Source of the DNA: Candidatus Eiseniibacteriota bacterium | GTDB taxonomy: Bacteria > Eisenbacteria > RBG-16-71-46 > CAIMUX01 > WJJG01 | NCBI GenBank assembly: GCA_023129715.1 | Contig: JAGMBO010000008.1 | Span: forward strand, 58,340 to 122,339 | Direction: 5' to 3' | Length of the DNA stretch: 64,000 nt | Shown here: in pieces, positions 16,316-25,974 of the stretch | Layout: each line of letters starts with the position of its first letter | Numbering within the stretch: the first letter of the stretch is position 1 | Program-made: the position numbers and the translations under genes | The notes under the pieces: generated by a model | What the model was told of the DNA's origin: nothing | Database searches by the model: none | The model's input: only the letters and a program-made list of their open reading frames with translations

Positions 16316-17252
16316 GCTGCGTCTCCCGGGGAGTGCGCGGAGGATCTACTCCTCGCTCCTCTGGAGCGTGGTCTGCTTCAGTCTGGCGGCCGGCCTGTCG
16401 ACGGGCTGCGGCTATACGGTGATGCAGAAATCGGGGGCAGACGACGCCCCGCCGCATGGCGCGCACGCCGCGCGGCCCGGCCCGGGGAGCGAAACGCAAC
16501 GGCCGGAAGCGATGCCGGGCAATGATCTGCTGCTTCCACCCGATCATCCCCGAATCCTCGCTCCCGAGGAGTGGGTCGGCCGCAGTTTCCTCGATGATCT
16601 GCTCGGCGAGGACGACCCCCTGCGCTTCGAGAACCTGCGACGCCATCCCCATGCCGGCGCACCGACCCACCACGCCATCGTAACCTTTCGGATCACCGTC
16701 GGCGGGCCCGCCGTCGCCGATGTATGGCAGGTGCGCATGGATGAGTTCGGCTGGGTCACGGTGACCTACTGGATGCAGGGGGCCGCGGGGCCGGTGCTCG
16801 ATGAATCGCTCGCCACGCGCCGGGCGGAGTTCCGCCTTGCGCGCGAGAGTGAGGCGGCGCTGCGCGCGATGATCATCGAGCTGCTCCCGCAGTCGCTCGA
16901 CGCCCCCCGGTTGGCGCGCCCGGAGGCCTTGCGGGATCTCCCGATCGAGTACTGGCCGCATGGGGATCCCGGCGTGCTCGAGATCGAGTATCGCATCGAG
17001 ACGCTCGGCCGCGCCGACCCCGAGGACTGGCCCGGTGGCCGCGTCAGCGCACCGCTCGACTTGATGCAGCTGCTCATCCGCACCTGGGAGAACGCGCCCC
17101 CGCTCTGGCTGCGCCGGGCCGTACGCGACCTGGCCGCTCACCGGCCGAGCCTGGTCAGCATGGCGATGGTCACCGAGGCGATCACGCTGGCCTGGGAAGT
17201 CGAGGGTTACAACGATGAGGCGGTGGAGCTGCCGCTGCAGGTCGGCCGCTAG
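16290..17252 (+). CDS. hypothetical lipoprotein
   Basis: Internal ATG gives MNDRHEF...LLWSVVCFSLAAGLSTGCG, a signal peptide plus lipobox. No recognisable domain. Overlaps the radical SAM gene's 3' end by 26 nt. Confidence 0.4.
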   Translation: MNDRHEFSRLRLPGSARRIYSSLLWSVVCFSLAAGLSTGCGYTVMQKSGADDAPPHGAHAARPGPGSETQRPEAMPGNDLLLPPDHPRILAPEEWVGRSFLDDLLGEDDPLRFENLRRHPHAGAPTHHAIVTFRITVGGPAVADVWQVRMDEFGWVTVTYWMQGAAGPVLDESLATRRAEFRLARESEAALRAMIIELLPQSLDAPRLARPEALRDLPIEYWPHGDPGVLEIEYRIETLGRADPEDWPGGRVSAPLDLMQLLIRTWENAPPLWLRRAVRDLAAHRPSLVSMAMVTEAITLAWEVEGYNDEAVELPLQVGR

Positions 17253-17309
17253 TGTGGTGACACAGAAGTGCATTCACACGCATTCATGCGACCCGGTACA
17301 CACACACTC

Positions 17310-19358
17310 CTACTCGACGATTGCTTTCGCGAAAGCGTCCACGGAGTCTGAGTAGAAATCGATCGTGATCTTGGTCGCCAGGTCATCGGGCAGATCGAAG
17401 AGCTGCCGGCGCGAGGAGATCGGCATGAGCAATTGCAGCGCGCCCTTCTCGACAGCCAGCTCAGCAATGGCGACCGGATTGGGAATCATCTCCACGGATC
17501 CGCCGAGGTTCAAAGCCCCGACGACGATCAAGCCGCCCTTGATGCTCCTCTCGATGAGTCCGCCGCACAGGGCGAGGAGAACCGGCAGGCCGAGCCCGGC
17601 CCCGGAGCGTTCAACGTCCATCGCGCGCATCTGGATGGAGAACTCATGGCCTCGTGGGTCCCGGTCTCCAACCAGCTCCCTGGCGCGCGTATAGAGGTTC
17701 TGCTCCCCGTAGCGCACGCTCTCGCTGAAGGCGGGTGGCTTGGGGGCATTGAGGATCTTGACCCCACTACCACGTCCCACGCTGACCTCGATCCGATAGA
17801 GGGAGACTGCCCCCTCCTGACCACCCGGGCTGATCGCCCAGATCTGTCCGGGCGGCAACGGATCGGTTTCGATCGCGTCGTCGCTATGCAGCTCAGGAGT
17901 GGCAACAAACTGCTCGACCCCATCGACACCCATGAAGAAGCTGAAGTGGGTGTTGCGGAACTCCGCCTTGAGGCAGCGCTTCTGCTGCTCCTTCACCCGG
18001 CGCCGCGCTTCCAGAGCCCAGCGCACGATCGTCTCCAGTTCCTCATCTGGAACAGGCGTGGCGGGATCCGGGAAGATGAGTTTCAGCAAGCCGCTGGTGG
18101 TCTTGTGCACCGCTTCGATGTCGCGTCCGCTCAGGGCACCCCCCCAGTTTACCCGCCCCTGCAATGCGGGAACCCGACTACCGGTGCGTAGTTTATTCCA
18201 GCATTCGGAGAGGAAGTCGCTGACCAATCCAAAATGGTCGGTCAGATGCTCGCTGGCATTCAGTTTCGGGAAATCCCAGCCGGGAGCGTAGGCGTGCAGA
18301 CGGTCCATGAAGGCCGTGTCCCTACGCATCTCAGGTGGCAGGGGATCGAGCAGGTGACTGATGCGCTGCTGTTGTTCGACATCCAGGTCGAGGTTGCCCA
18401 CCATCACGATGGCACCGGAGGCCCGAATGCTCTCCTTCCCGCGAGAAAACTCACCCGAGGCCATGTAGCCCTTCATGATGTTGACGCCATCCTTCTTGTC
18501 GAAGGCGATCCCGGCCACCTCGTCGAAGCAGACGACATCGTAGAGGCAGACCAGCCCCCGCTGGCCATTGGCCATGTTGACGAACATCTTGGCGACGGTC
18601 GCCTTGCCGCCGGAGATCAGGTGGGCGTAGGGAGAGATCTGTTGGTAAAGATGACTCTTGCCAGTACCGCGGGGACCGAGTTCGACGAAATTGTAGTTAC
18701 TCTCGACGAAGGGAACCATGCGCAGCAGGGTCACCATCTTGGCGCGCTCCGACAGGGCTTCGGGCTCAAGGCCGATCGAGCGGATCAGCAGGTTCTTCCA
18801 TTCCTCGGTGGTGAACTGCGTGCGCGCCTTCTGGAGCACGGCCAGGACATCTGGCTTTGACAACTGGATGGCACGCAGGCTCTCGATGGCAAAGGGACGA
18901 CCGTTACGTTCCTCGGCAATCGTCGCACTGTAAGTGAGTTTGACCTCGGCGTAGAAGCCGTCGGTCAGCATCCGCTCGTGCTCATGAACCAGGTCATCAC
19001 CGATACGGACATCCCGGAGACCCACACTGGTCAGCTCCACCAGGAAACAATCGTTGCGGGAATCGAGGCGCGCCTTGACCAGATCGATCAGTTTGACCGA
19101 TCCCTTCTCGCGTGCGCGGGCCTTGAAAAGCTCCTGCTCCCCGGTCCGAACAGTCCGATCCTGAAGCTGGCGCTCCACCACTTGGAGACCTTCCTCGATC
19201 TCGGTCTCGTCGACCGTCGCACAATAGCGTCCCAGGAGGAATTCCACGACATAGGTCGGCACCGGATACTGTCGGCTGTACTTACGGACCAGGTCCTTGC
19301 GAACCAGGTATCCATCCAGAGCCGCTGCCGCGAGTTTGTCGAGGTGATCAAGTTCCAT
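17310..19358 (-). CDS. brxL: BREX system Lon protease-like protein BrxL
   Basis: 682 aa. Central P-loop region (ELGPRGTGKSHLYQQISPY), C-terminal Lon-protease-like domain and size match BrxL. Terminal gene of a brxABC-pglXZ-brxL cluster. Confidence 0.85.
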   Translation of the reverse strand: MELDHLDKLAAAALDGYLVRKDLVRKYSRQYPVPTYVVEFLLGRYCATVDETEIEEGLQVVERQLQDRTVRTGEQELFKARAREKGSVKLIDLVKARLDSRNDCFLVELTSVGLRDVRIGDDLVHEHERMLTDGFYAEVKLTYSATIAEERNGRPFAIESLRAIQLSKPDVLAVLQKARTQFTTEEWKNLLIRSIGLEPEALSERAKMVTLLRMVPFVESNYNFVELGPRGTGKSHLYQQISPYAHLISGGKATVAKMFVNMANGQRGLVCLYDVVCFDEVAGIAFDKKDGVNIMKGYMASGEFSRGKESIRASGAIVMVGNLDLDVEQQQRISHLLDPLPPEMRRDTAFMDRLHAYAPGWDFPKLNASEHLTDHFGLVSDFLSECWNKLRTGSRVPALQGRVNWGGALSGRDIEAVHKTTSGLLKLIFPDPATPVPDEELETIVRWALEARRRVKEQQKRCLKAEFRNTHFSFFMGVDGVEQFVATPELHSDDAIETDPLPPGQIWAISPGGQEGAVSLYRIEVSVGRGSGVKILNAPKPPAFSESVRYGEQNLYTRARELVGDRDPRGHEFSIQMRAMDVERSGAGLGLPVLLALCGGLIERSIKGGLIVVGALNLGGSVEMIPNPVAIAELAVEKGALQLLMPISSRRQLFDLPDDLATKITIDFYSDSVDAFAKAIVE

Positions 19359-19360
19359 GA

Positions 19361-21820
19361 CTACTCCTCACCACCGATTGTGGTGGCCGTCTTGCCCAGC
19401 ACGCGTCCGGACGGATCCAGAATGACCAGGCTAACGATCGTGCCTTCCAGAGAATCATCTTCCACGAGGAGTCCCGCCCGGCCGTCCGGGTCGAGCGATT
19501 TGGGTTGCGTGACACTTGAAGTGGGATCATTCGGCTTGGTGCGCAGGTCCGCCGTGAGCTGCGCGGTTGCAGCTTCCACCGCCATAGGCGCGCCCGAGGC
19601 TTCCACGGTGACCCGGCAGCGAAGCCCTCGCCACTGGATGTCGGTGATGGTTGCTTCCCGCGGTGCCACCTGGCTGCCGGCGGCAAGGCGCAGATCGGGG
19701 ATCAGGCACTCCTGCAGGCTGACGCCACCATGGGCGTACTCATTCCCACTCAGGAAGCAATGCACACCAGGACCATAGGCAAATCGCTCGTGCTCGTTCC
19801 AGTGCCATGCGGCAGTCGGAACATCCAAGTGGGAGCTATCCTTGATTGACGCACAGCGGCTCCAGCGGCTCTCGGTCAAGTACTTGGGCAACTTGACCGT
19901 CGGCAACCCGCCGGGAACCAGCAACCAGCCGTGATCGGTCACAACGCGCACCCGCTGCCATCCACTCTCGAGCAGACCCGTGATGCGCTCCAGGAGAAGA
20001 TCCAGTTGCTCATCGATTCGGGCTGCTAGCTTCGCTTTCAGACTGTGGCCGAGCTTGTCGAACTCCCCATACTCAGTCCAGCCGCGAGCGTTCGGCGCGT
20101 GGGGATCTCCCTTCTCGTCCGGCTCGAGGATCTGATGGCCGGAAGCAGACAGCAGCTTGCGAAAGCGAGCGGTGTTGATCGGCTGATGGCCGTCGATCGT
20201 CTCGGGCTGAAACCCCGACTCGGGCCGATGACCTGTCAGTTCCTCAGCAACAGGCGAAACAGCCGGCTTGGCGGTGGCGGTCACGGTGGGCAAGGCTGCC
20301 CAGCGCCAGCCGGCCACAACCTGAAGCCCGGCTTCCACGGCCGAGTCGACCAACCGCTGGGCAATGTCGAATCGAAGGCCATCGACAAAGAGAATGCACT
20401 CGCCCGTCTCAGCGCTAACGCGTACGGACCCGGGAAGACTTGAAGAACCAGGGAAACCAGAAGACCCGGAGGAAGCAGGACGCCCGGCAACCTCACTAAC
20501 CTGCCCGTGAGTTGACCGTTGGAGCCCGGCAGTCTCGACCTGGGACTGCAACCGCCGCGCAGAATCCTCCAGCCATGAGAGATAGAGACAGCGCACGGCA
20601 GCCTGGATGGCCTGGCAATCCTCGTCACTCTTGACCTCCGCGACGGCCCTTAGCGCCGCATCATCGGCGCGATAGGCTCCCTCCACATACAACTGCGCCA
20701 TGAAATCGGGAGAGTCGCCGCCGATCGCCTTCGCCGTTCGCTCGCTCAGGATCGTCAGGTGCCGAAGCGCTTGAGCCAGGGGACACATATCCAGCTTGGC
20801 CCAGACCCAGTCGCGGCGTGCGCCATGCTCTTCCTCCAATGCGGTGATCTTCTCCCGTCCTGCCGATGCGGGGATATCCCGCAACGCGAGCAGCTCAAGC
20901 CGGAGGGCGTCTTCGGCCGCATCGTTCTCATCCGGCCAGGAGTGCTTGTCGAAGATGATCTCTCCCGCGGGCTTGGCGCGTCGCAGGAGATCAGGGATCC
21001 CTGGGTAGAGGGCTGGCGACTCGGCGTAGCGCTGCCAGACCCCCTGCCAGGCATCGCGGCCGAGTCCGAGCTTCTCACCACCGACGATCTCACCGTCGTC
21101 CTCGGGATCGAAGGCGTAATCCTCCCGGCAGCGGGACCGAAATGCCGACCAGGCGGCTTCATCCCACTCCGCTCGCGTGCCGGCCGGATCTCCCAGCCAG
21201 AGGAGCAAGTCGCGGGGGATGTCCCCGATCATCAGCTCATCGAAATCCTTGGCCGTGAGCCGCCGACCGCGCAGCCGCGAGAGCGAGGTGGTGGTTATTA
21301 CGGAAAGTGCACCAAGCATCGCCTGACGAGTATGTGTGTCACGGACCATATCCAGACCCAGACCGCCGTCTTCCGATACCAGGAAGGCCTCGACAGTCCA
21401 GTCCTTGCCATTCTTCTGCGCCCAGGTTGTGCCGCGAAACTGCAGCTCGACCAAAGGCTTCATCGCATCGGGACACTCTTCTGCCGCGCGCAGCAGTTGG
21501 CGGCCAACTTCCGGCAGGTAGATAATCGGGGTCGCAGCTTCGGGCAGCGTGACTTCCGGCAAGCTGCGCTCGATCACACATCGCAGCCAGATGGCCGGTC
21601 CAGTTCGGGCGTTGGGGTTGTACTCCCCCAGGGTCAGTAGTTCCGGGAGCAACGACCGCAGCTGCTTGACGACCGGCCGCCACTGGCCATCCGGATCGGT
21701 CCACAGTATGGCGGCCGGTGCAACCACATCGGCAGGGTTGAATCGCCCGGCCTCCATGACAGAGGTCTTGACCGCCTCGAGCAGGGTGGCGTGCTGTTGA
21801 GTTGAGTGTTGCATCGTCAC
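19361..21820 (-). CDS. pglZ: BREX alkaline-phosphatase-superfamily protein PglZ
   Basis: 819 aa. VVTDHGWLLVPGG motif of the PglZ domain. Overlaps pglX by 4 nt and sits 3 nt upstream of brxL. Confidence 0.85.
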   Translation of the reverse strand: MTMQHSTQQHATLLEAVKTSVMEAGRFNPADVVAPAAILWTDPDGQWRPVVKQLRSLLPELLTLGEYNPNARTGPAIWLRCVIERSLPEVTLPEAATPIIYLPEVGRQLLRAAEECPDAMKPLVELQFRGTTWAQKNGKDWTVEAFLVSEDGGLGLDMVRDTHTRQAMLGALSVITTTSLSRLRGRRLTAKDFDELMIGDIPRDLLLWLGDPAGTRAEWDEAAWSAFRSRCREDYAFDPEDDGEIVGGEKLGLGRDAWQGVWQRYAESPALYPGIPDLLRRAKPAGEIIFDKHSWPDENDAAEDALRLELLALRDIPASAGREKITALEEEHGARRDWVWAKLDMCPLAQALRHLTILSERTAKAIGGDSPDFMAQLYVEGAYRADDAALRAVAEVKSDEDCQAIQAAVRCLYLSWLEDSARRLQSQVETAGLQRSTHGQVSEVAGRPASSGSSGFPGSSSLPGSVRVSAETGECILFVDGLRFDIAQRLVDSAVEAGLQVVAGWRWAALPTVTATAKPAVSPVAEELTGHRPESGFQPETIDGHQPINTARFRKLLSASGHQILEPDEKGDPHAPNARGWTEYGEFDKLGHSLKAKLAARIDEQLDLLLERITGLLESGWQRVRVVTDHGWLLVPGGLPTVKLPKYLTESRWSRCASIKDSSHLDVPTAAWHWNEHERFAYGPGVHCFLSGNEYAHGGVSLQECLIPDLRLAAGSQVAPREATITDIQWRGLRCRVTVEASGAPMAVEAATAQLTADLRTKPNDPTSSVTQPKSLDPDGRAGLLVEDDSLEGTIVSLVILDPSGRVLGKTATTIGGEE

Positions 21821-24800
21821 CTGCTGACCTCTTTCTCTGTGTCATTCTTCGCCCGAGCCTTGCGCTTGACAGCGATGGTGTAGTGACAGGCGTTGTATCG
21901 ATTGCCGTCGAACCTGCTGCCGCCCATCCAATCGGTTGTGCGCTCGTCCCAGCCCCAGAACCATGGATGCTCCTCGCGCTCCCTGCTGGGCTCCTTCCCG
22001 CGATCCTTGCCCCACTTGATGTTGGGCTTCCAGCGCAGGATCCCGGCACCCCTGCGCCCATTCGGCAAGTCACTGGCCAGGAACGGGCGGATGTTCAAGC
22101 GCACGCCATCGTTGATGTCGGGCTCCCAGCCGATGGGCTGTTCGGCGAGGGGTTTCCAGCGCACGAAGATGTCGAAGGGTGGCTCACCTGCGAGGATCGC
22201 CTCCAGGCGTTGCTTGAGTTCCATCGCCGCGGTTAAACGTTCTTCCGCACCGCCGGCACCTCGCTTGACACCATCCTTCTGACAGGTGATCCAGTCACCC
22301 AAATAGCTGTAGGTCAGGTTCTCAAGGAGCATGCGGGCTTGGGCCTTTCCCTCGGCCAGCCGGTGGTAGTTGACCAGCGCGTGGAACCCATCGCGCTTGC
22401 GCCCATCCCAGATGTGCCAGATGAAGGGGCGATGGTGTAACAGCTTGCAGTGTTGCTGGAAGAAGTCGCTGCGGAGCCAGTCGTCGAGGTCCTTGGCGGG
22501 CGATCCGCTCTCGGAAATGAGCGCCGCTTCCCTGTCTGGTGACCAGTCGGTGCCGTAGGCAGTGGCCAGGAGTGCGCGCAAGCGTTCGGCGGCAGGATCT
22601 TCACCGCGAACGGATGCGATGCAGACGATGCCGTCGCGGTCCGAATACCTCTCGAGTTCGCCACAGCGACCGATCAGTTCCCGGGCCTCGGTGGAGAGGC
22701 GCATCTCCTTGTCGGTCTCCGCCGGCCAGCGGTAGCCGAGGAGGCGACCGACGGCCACCTGCAGCGGAGCCGTCGAGACTTCGGGGCGACCGTGGAAGAG
22801 CCATTGGGTTGGGTCGTCGGAGTAGGGTTCGGGAAGACCGTGGGGGTATTTCTCGTCGGCAACCTTCTGCCAGTGTTCGAGATCGAAGGGGACTTTCGTA
22901 ATCGTGGCTGCTGTGACATTCAACTTCTGGTCGATCAATCGAACGCCTCTATGAAAGCCAGAAGATGAGACGTACGCCCACAGTGCGGGGATTATGGATG
23001 GATCATCCGGACATATCGGGCACACATTGTCATCAAAGACCTCGCCCAAGTACAAGAACGGCTCCAAGTCCCGCATCTTATTGACCGCGACGCCTAGACG
23101 TTCCCATACATCTTGACCACGGAGCCAGCATCCGAACTGGGAGACAAGATCTGGATGATCAAGGGGGCACACGCAGAATCGCTCGCGTCCCGACCAAGGA
23201 TCACCCGATTGAGGGGAATTCAACCAGAGGACGGCATCAGTAGAAATGCGAGCCACAGTCCAGAAATGCCGAAGGAACCGTGGGGCGTCTCCAGTGGTGC
23301 TGCCCTTGCCATAACGCGCGCATTCGCTCAGCCACGGGCCAGCCTCCGTCCCCTGACCAATAATCCTGGAATCCGGATTCTCCAACTGCCCTGCCTGGCC
23401 GACCATCCGTACCGCGCCCCAAGGCACATCGGAAGATGCCGCAACCCTGGACACGCCCGGCGAGCCTCCCCCTCCGTCACTGACGGCGCCCTCCTCCGGC
23501 GGCGCCCAACGCACCTCACCCCCCTCCCCTCGCAACATCGCCGCCTTTACCTTGGGATCCCGCGGCTCGGAGGCATCGAGACCGGCAAACCGATGCTCTG
23601 CTGCCGGGCGCGATCGCGTCAGGGAGAGGAGCGCTGTGAATGCCCCCGCTGCTTGTGAGCTCTGAAACCCGTTCTCCCCCAACCTCGCCACCACATCCCA
23701 CTGAACCTCCACCAAAAGCTCCTGGCGCAGCTTCTTGTACGATCCCAGAAAGAGCCAGTTCTGCGGCGTGACCAGTGCGGCCGTGCCGCCAGAAGCACAG
23801 AAAGCCCGGGCGCGCGCGACAAAGGCCGTGGCGAGATCATGCTTGGCCTTGTTGTGGCGCAGTTCAATGAATTCCTTGAGGATCGGAGCCTGCTTACCAC
23901 GAGCGAGGTAGGGTACATTGGTAATCACCAAGTGATAGATACTCCCAAGAAGGCCCACCGCATCAGCCACGCCGCGGGTCGAGACAGCCAACTCGTGGCG
24001 ATCGTAGTCACGCCCTCCGGGACTAGCCTGAGCTGCCTCTTCCAGCACCGAGCGCAGTTCATCGAACCCCGCCTCCAGCAGATCATCATGTGTCGCGCGA
24101 GCGGGGTCGATGAGGCTCCCCAGCGTGGGCGCCTCCTGAAAGAGTTTGTGCAAGCGCTCAATGCCCTTCTGCGTACGAAGATCATCACCGGCCAGGGCGC
24201 ACCAGTCGGCCTGACTTGCTTGCGGTGCGATGCCTGAGCAGGCGATGCGGATCTCGGGAAGCTTCCGATGCCCTCCCGCGTCCGGATAGGTCCATGCGCA
24301 CAGGGCGATCGCGAAAGCGGCGATTTGCGTGCAGCGCTCATCGATCTCGAGACCAGACAGATTCTCGCGCAGGACTGCATCCACAGCATCCCGAGCTGTG
24401 AAACCCTCCTCGGCCATGCGGATTGGCACGAGATGACGGATCAAACTCACCAAGAAGTGGCCGGAACCGCAACAGGGATCAAGCACCCGCAAGTCGGCCG
24501 CCGCTCGTGGCCAGCCCGGGAAGATACCCGCCGCCGGCTGCCAGGGCCTGTCACCATCGTCACCGCGTACGAAGCGCAGGTAGTCCCAGGTCACGCCAGG
24601 AAGAGACAGCGCCCGGCGGAGCTGTTCCTCACTCTCGGCGGAGGTTGCCAGAGATGGATCCTTCGATAGCTTTCTGCCGGCCCACCAGGCCCCCAGCGTG
24701 TTGTGGATCAAGAAGCTCACCATGTAAGGCTCGGTGAAGAGCTGGGTCACCGCCGGCAGCTCATCGGCGCCGATCTTCTCCCCGGATGCGTTGACCTCGG

Positions 24801-25377
24801 CCTTGCGCTTGCTTTGCCAGTACTGATAGACCCAGCCGAGGGCATCGGCCGCCGTGAAAGTTGCCGGGTGCAGTCCATTCAGGAGACGTTCCAGCTTGAG
24901 CTGATGCTCGCGTGCCAAGCCAACTCTGAGTAGGGGATCATCAGGGCGAAAGATCTGCGGCAACATGCGCTCGGCACACCGGCTGGCATAGCCCCATCGG
25001 TCAACGCCGCTCGCTTTACCCAGCTCCTCGGCCTCATCGAGACTGATCGGCATCTGGCTCTCGGGCTCGATGAGCAGAGCATTTTCAGCAAGGAAACGCG
25101 CAAAGAGCATCCGGTGCCAATGCTCGTAGGCACATTCCTGCACAAGGCGGAGAAGCTGCAGACGCCCGGACCGGTCCTGAGCATCCCCGAGTTGGCGTGC
25201 CCGGGCGCGCAAGTGATTGCGCAGGTGCCGGGCGTTGGAATCCATGTGCGTGTAGGGCTCGTGGTGGTGAACGGCAAGGGATTCGAGGGCGGTTCGGGCG
25301 CCTTCCTCGGCAGCTTCACGCGCCTCGATGATGGCTCGCTCGAGCTTACTGCGCAATTCGGATGCAAGTGCAGTCAT
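21817..25377 (-). CDS. pglX: BREX adenine-specific DNA methyltransferase PglX
   Basis: 1186 aa. AdoMet motif I VLDPCCGSGHFLV. Motif IV region reads VITNVPYLARGKQ (NVPY instead of the canonical NPPY). Size and position match PglX. Confidence 0.85.
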   Translation of the reverse strand: MTALASELRSKLERAIIEAREAAEEGARTALESLAVHHHEPYTHMDSNARHLRNHLRARARQLGDAQDRSGRLQLLRLVQECAYEHWHRMLFARFLAENALLIEPESQMPISLDEAEELGKASGVDRWGYASRCAERMLPQIFRPDDPLLRVGLAREHQLKLERLLNGLHPATFTAADALGWVYQYWQSKRKAEVNASGEKIGADELPAVTQLFTEPYMVSFLIHNTLGAWWAGRKLSKDPSLATSAESEEQLRRALSLPGVTWDYLRFVRGDDGDRPWQPAAGIFPGWPRAAADLRVLDPCCGSGHFLVSLIRHLVPIRMAEEGFTARDAVDAVLRENLSGLEIDERCTQIAAFAIALCAWTYPDAGGHRKLPEIRIACSGIAPQASQADWCALAGDDLRTQKGIERLHKLFQEAPTLGSLIDPARATHDDLLEAGFDELRSVLEEAAQASPGGRDYDRHELAVSTRGVADAVGLLGSIYHLVITNVPYLARGKQAPILKEFIELRHNKAKHDLATAFVARARAFCASGGTAALVTPQNWLFLGSYKKLRQELLVEVQWDVVARLGENGFQSSQAAGAFTALLSLTRSRPAAEHRFAGLDASEPRDPKVKAAMLRGEGGEVRWAPPEEGAVSDGGGGSPGVSRVAASSDVPWGAVRMVGQAGQLENPDSRIIGQGTEAGPWLSECARYGKGSTTGDAPRFLRHFWTVARISTDAVLWLNSPQSGDPWSGRERFCVCPLDHPDLVSQFGCWLRGQDVWERLGVAVNKMRDLEPFLYLGEVFDDNVCPICPDDPSIIPALWAYVSSSGFHRGVRLIDQKLNVTAATITKVPFDLEHWQKVADEKYPHGLPEPYSDDPTQWLFHGRPEVSTAPLQVAVGRLLGYRWPAETDKEMRLSTEARELIGRCGELERYSDRDGIVCIASVRGEDPAAERLRALLATAYGTDWSPDREAALISESGSPAKDLDDWLRSDFFQQHCKLLHHRPFIWHIWDGRKRDGFHALVNYHRLAEGKAQARMLLENLTYSYLGDWITCQKDGVKRGAGGAEERLTAAMELKQRLEAILAGEPPFDIFVRWKPLAEQPIGWEPDINDGVRLNIRPFLASDLPNGRRGAGILRWKPNIKWGKDRGKEPSREREEHPWFWGWDERTTDWMGGSRFDGNRYNACHYTIAVKRKARAKNDTEKEVSR

Positions 25378-25608
25378 TTCAGGGCCTTCTCATTACTGGC
25401 GCTCTATAACAAAGCTCCATTCTCGATCTGCATGAGTCATATCGCCTGCACATTTCCAGGCTCGAAGAACGTCTGGCCAGATTTGGCCTCATCCCAGCAC
25501 ATCCGCGTTCGGAACCGCGTAACATCCACAACCATAATGGATTGCAGAACACTCAGGACATGCTGGCCGCGACCGACAAGACCCCAAACGGCCATCTCCG
25601 CTGACAAG

Positions 25609-25633
25609 GCCGGATTTGGCCGGATTTGGCCGA
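25609..25633. repeat. tandem 10-nt repeat (cggatttggc x2.5) in the non-coding block between the DUF4062 gene and pglX
   Basis: cggatttggc cggatttggc cgaat. A related ccagatttggcc lies ~130 nt upstream. Confidence 0.5.
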
Positions 25634-25974
25634 ATAGCAATCACGGGGCAGTTCCTGTGCGGCCTTGCCCCAAGGGCGGCCAGATGGAGGCGCTTCGCTC
25701 CGCGCACATGGGCGCACATGAGCAACCCCTTCCCTCAAAGCACGTTACGCCGATCCACAGCTCGAAAAATCCGCGCCCGTCACATGGCGCCACATATCCT
25801 CCTACGCCCAGAATGGCAGATAACGCGTATCCTTTCGTGACCCTCCGCCCTCCTTCTTAACCAGCTGTTGCCGGTGGAGAAGAATCGCGCATAGTTGGTG
25901 AAGGAGTGTTGAGTCCCGACTCTCGTCGCGCCCTGGATCTGCAGGGCGGTGCATCGGTGAGCCGATTGACCCAT

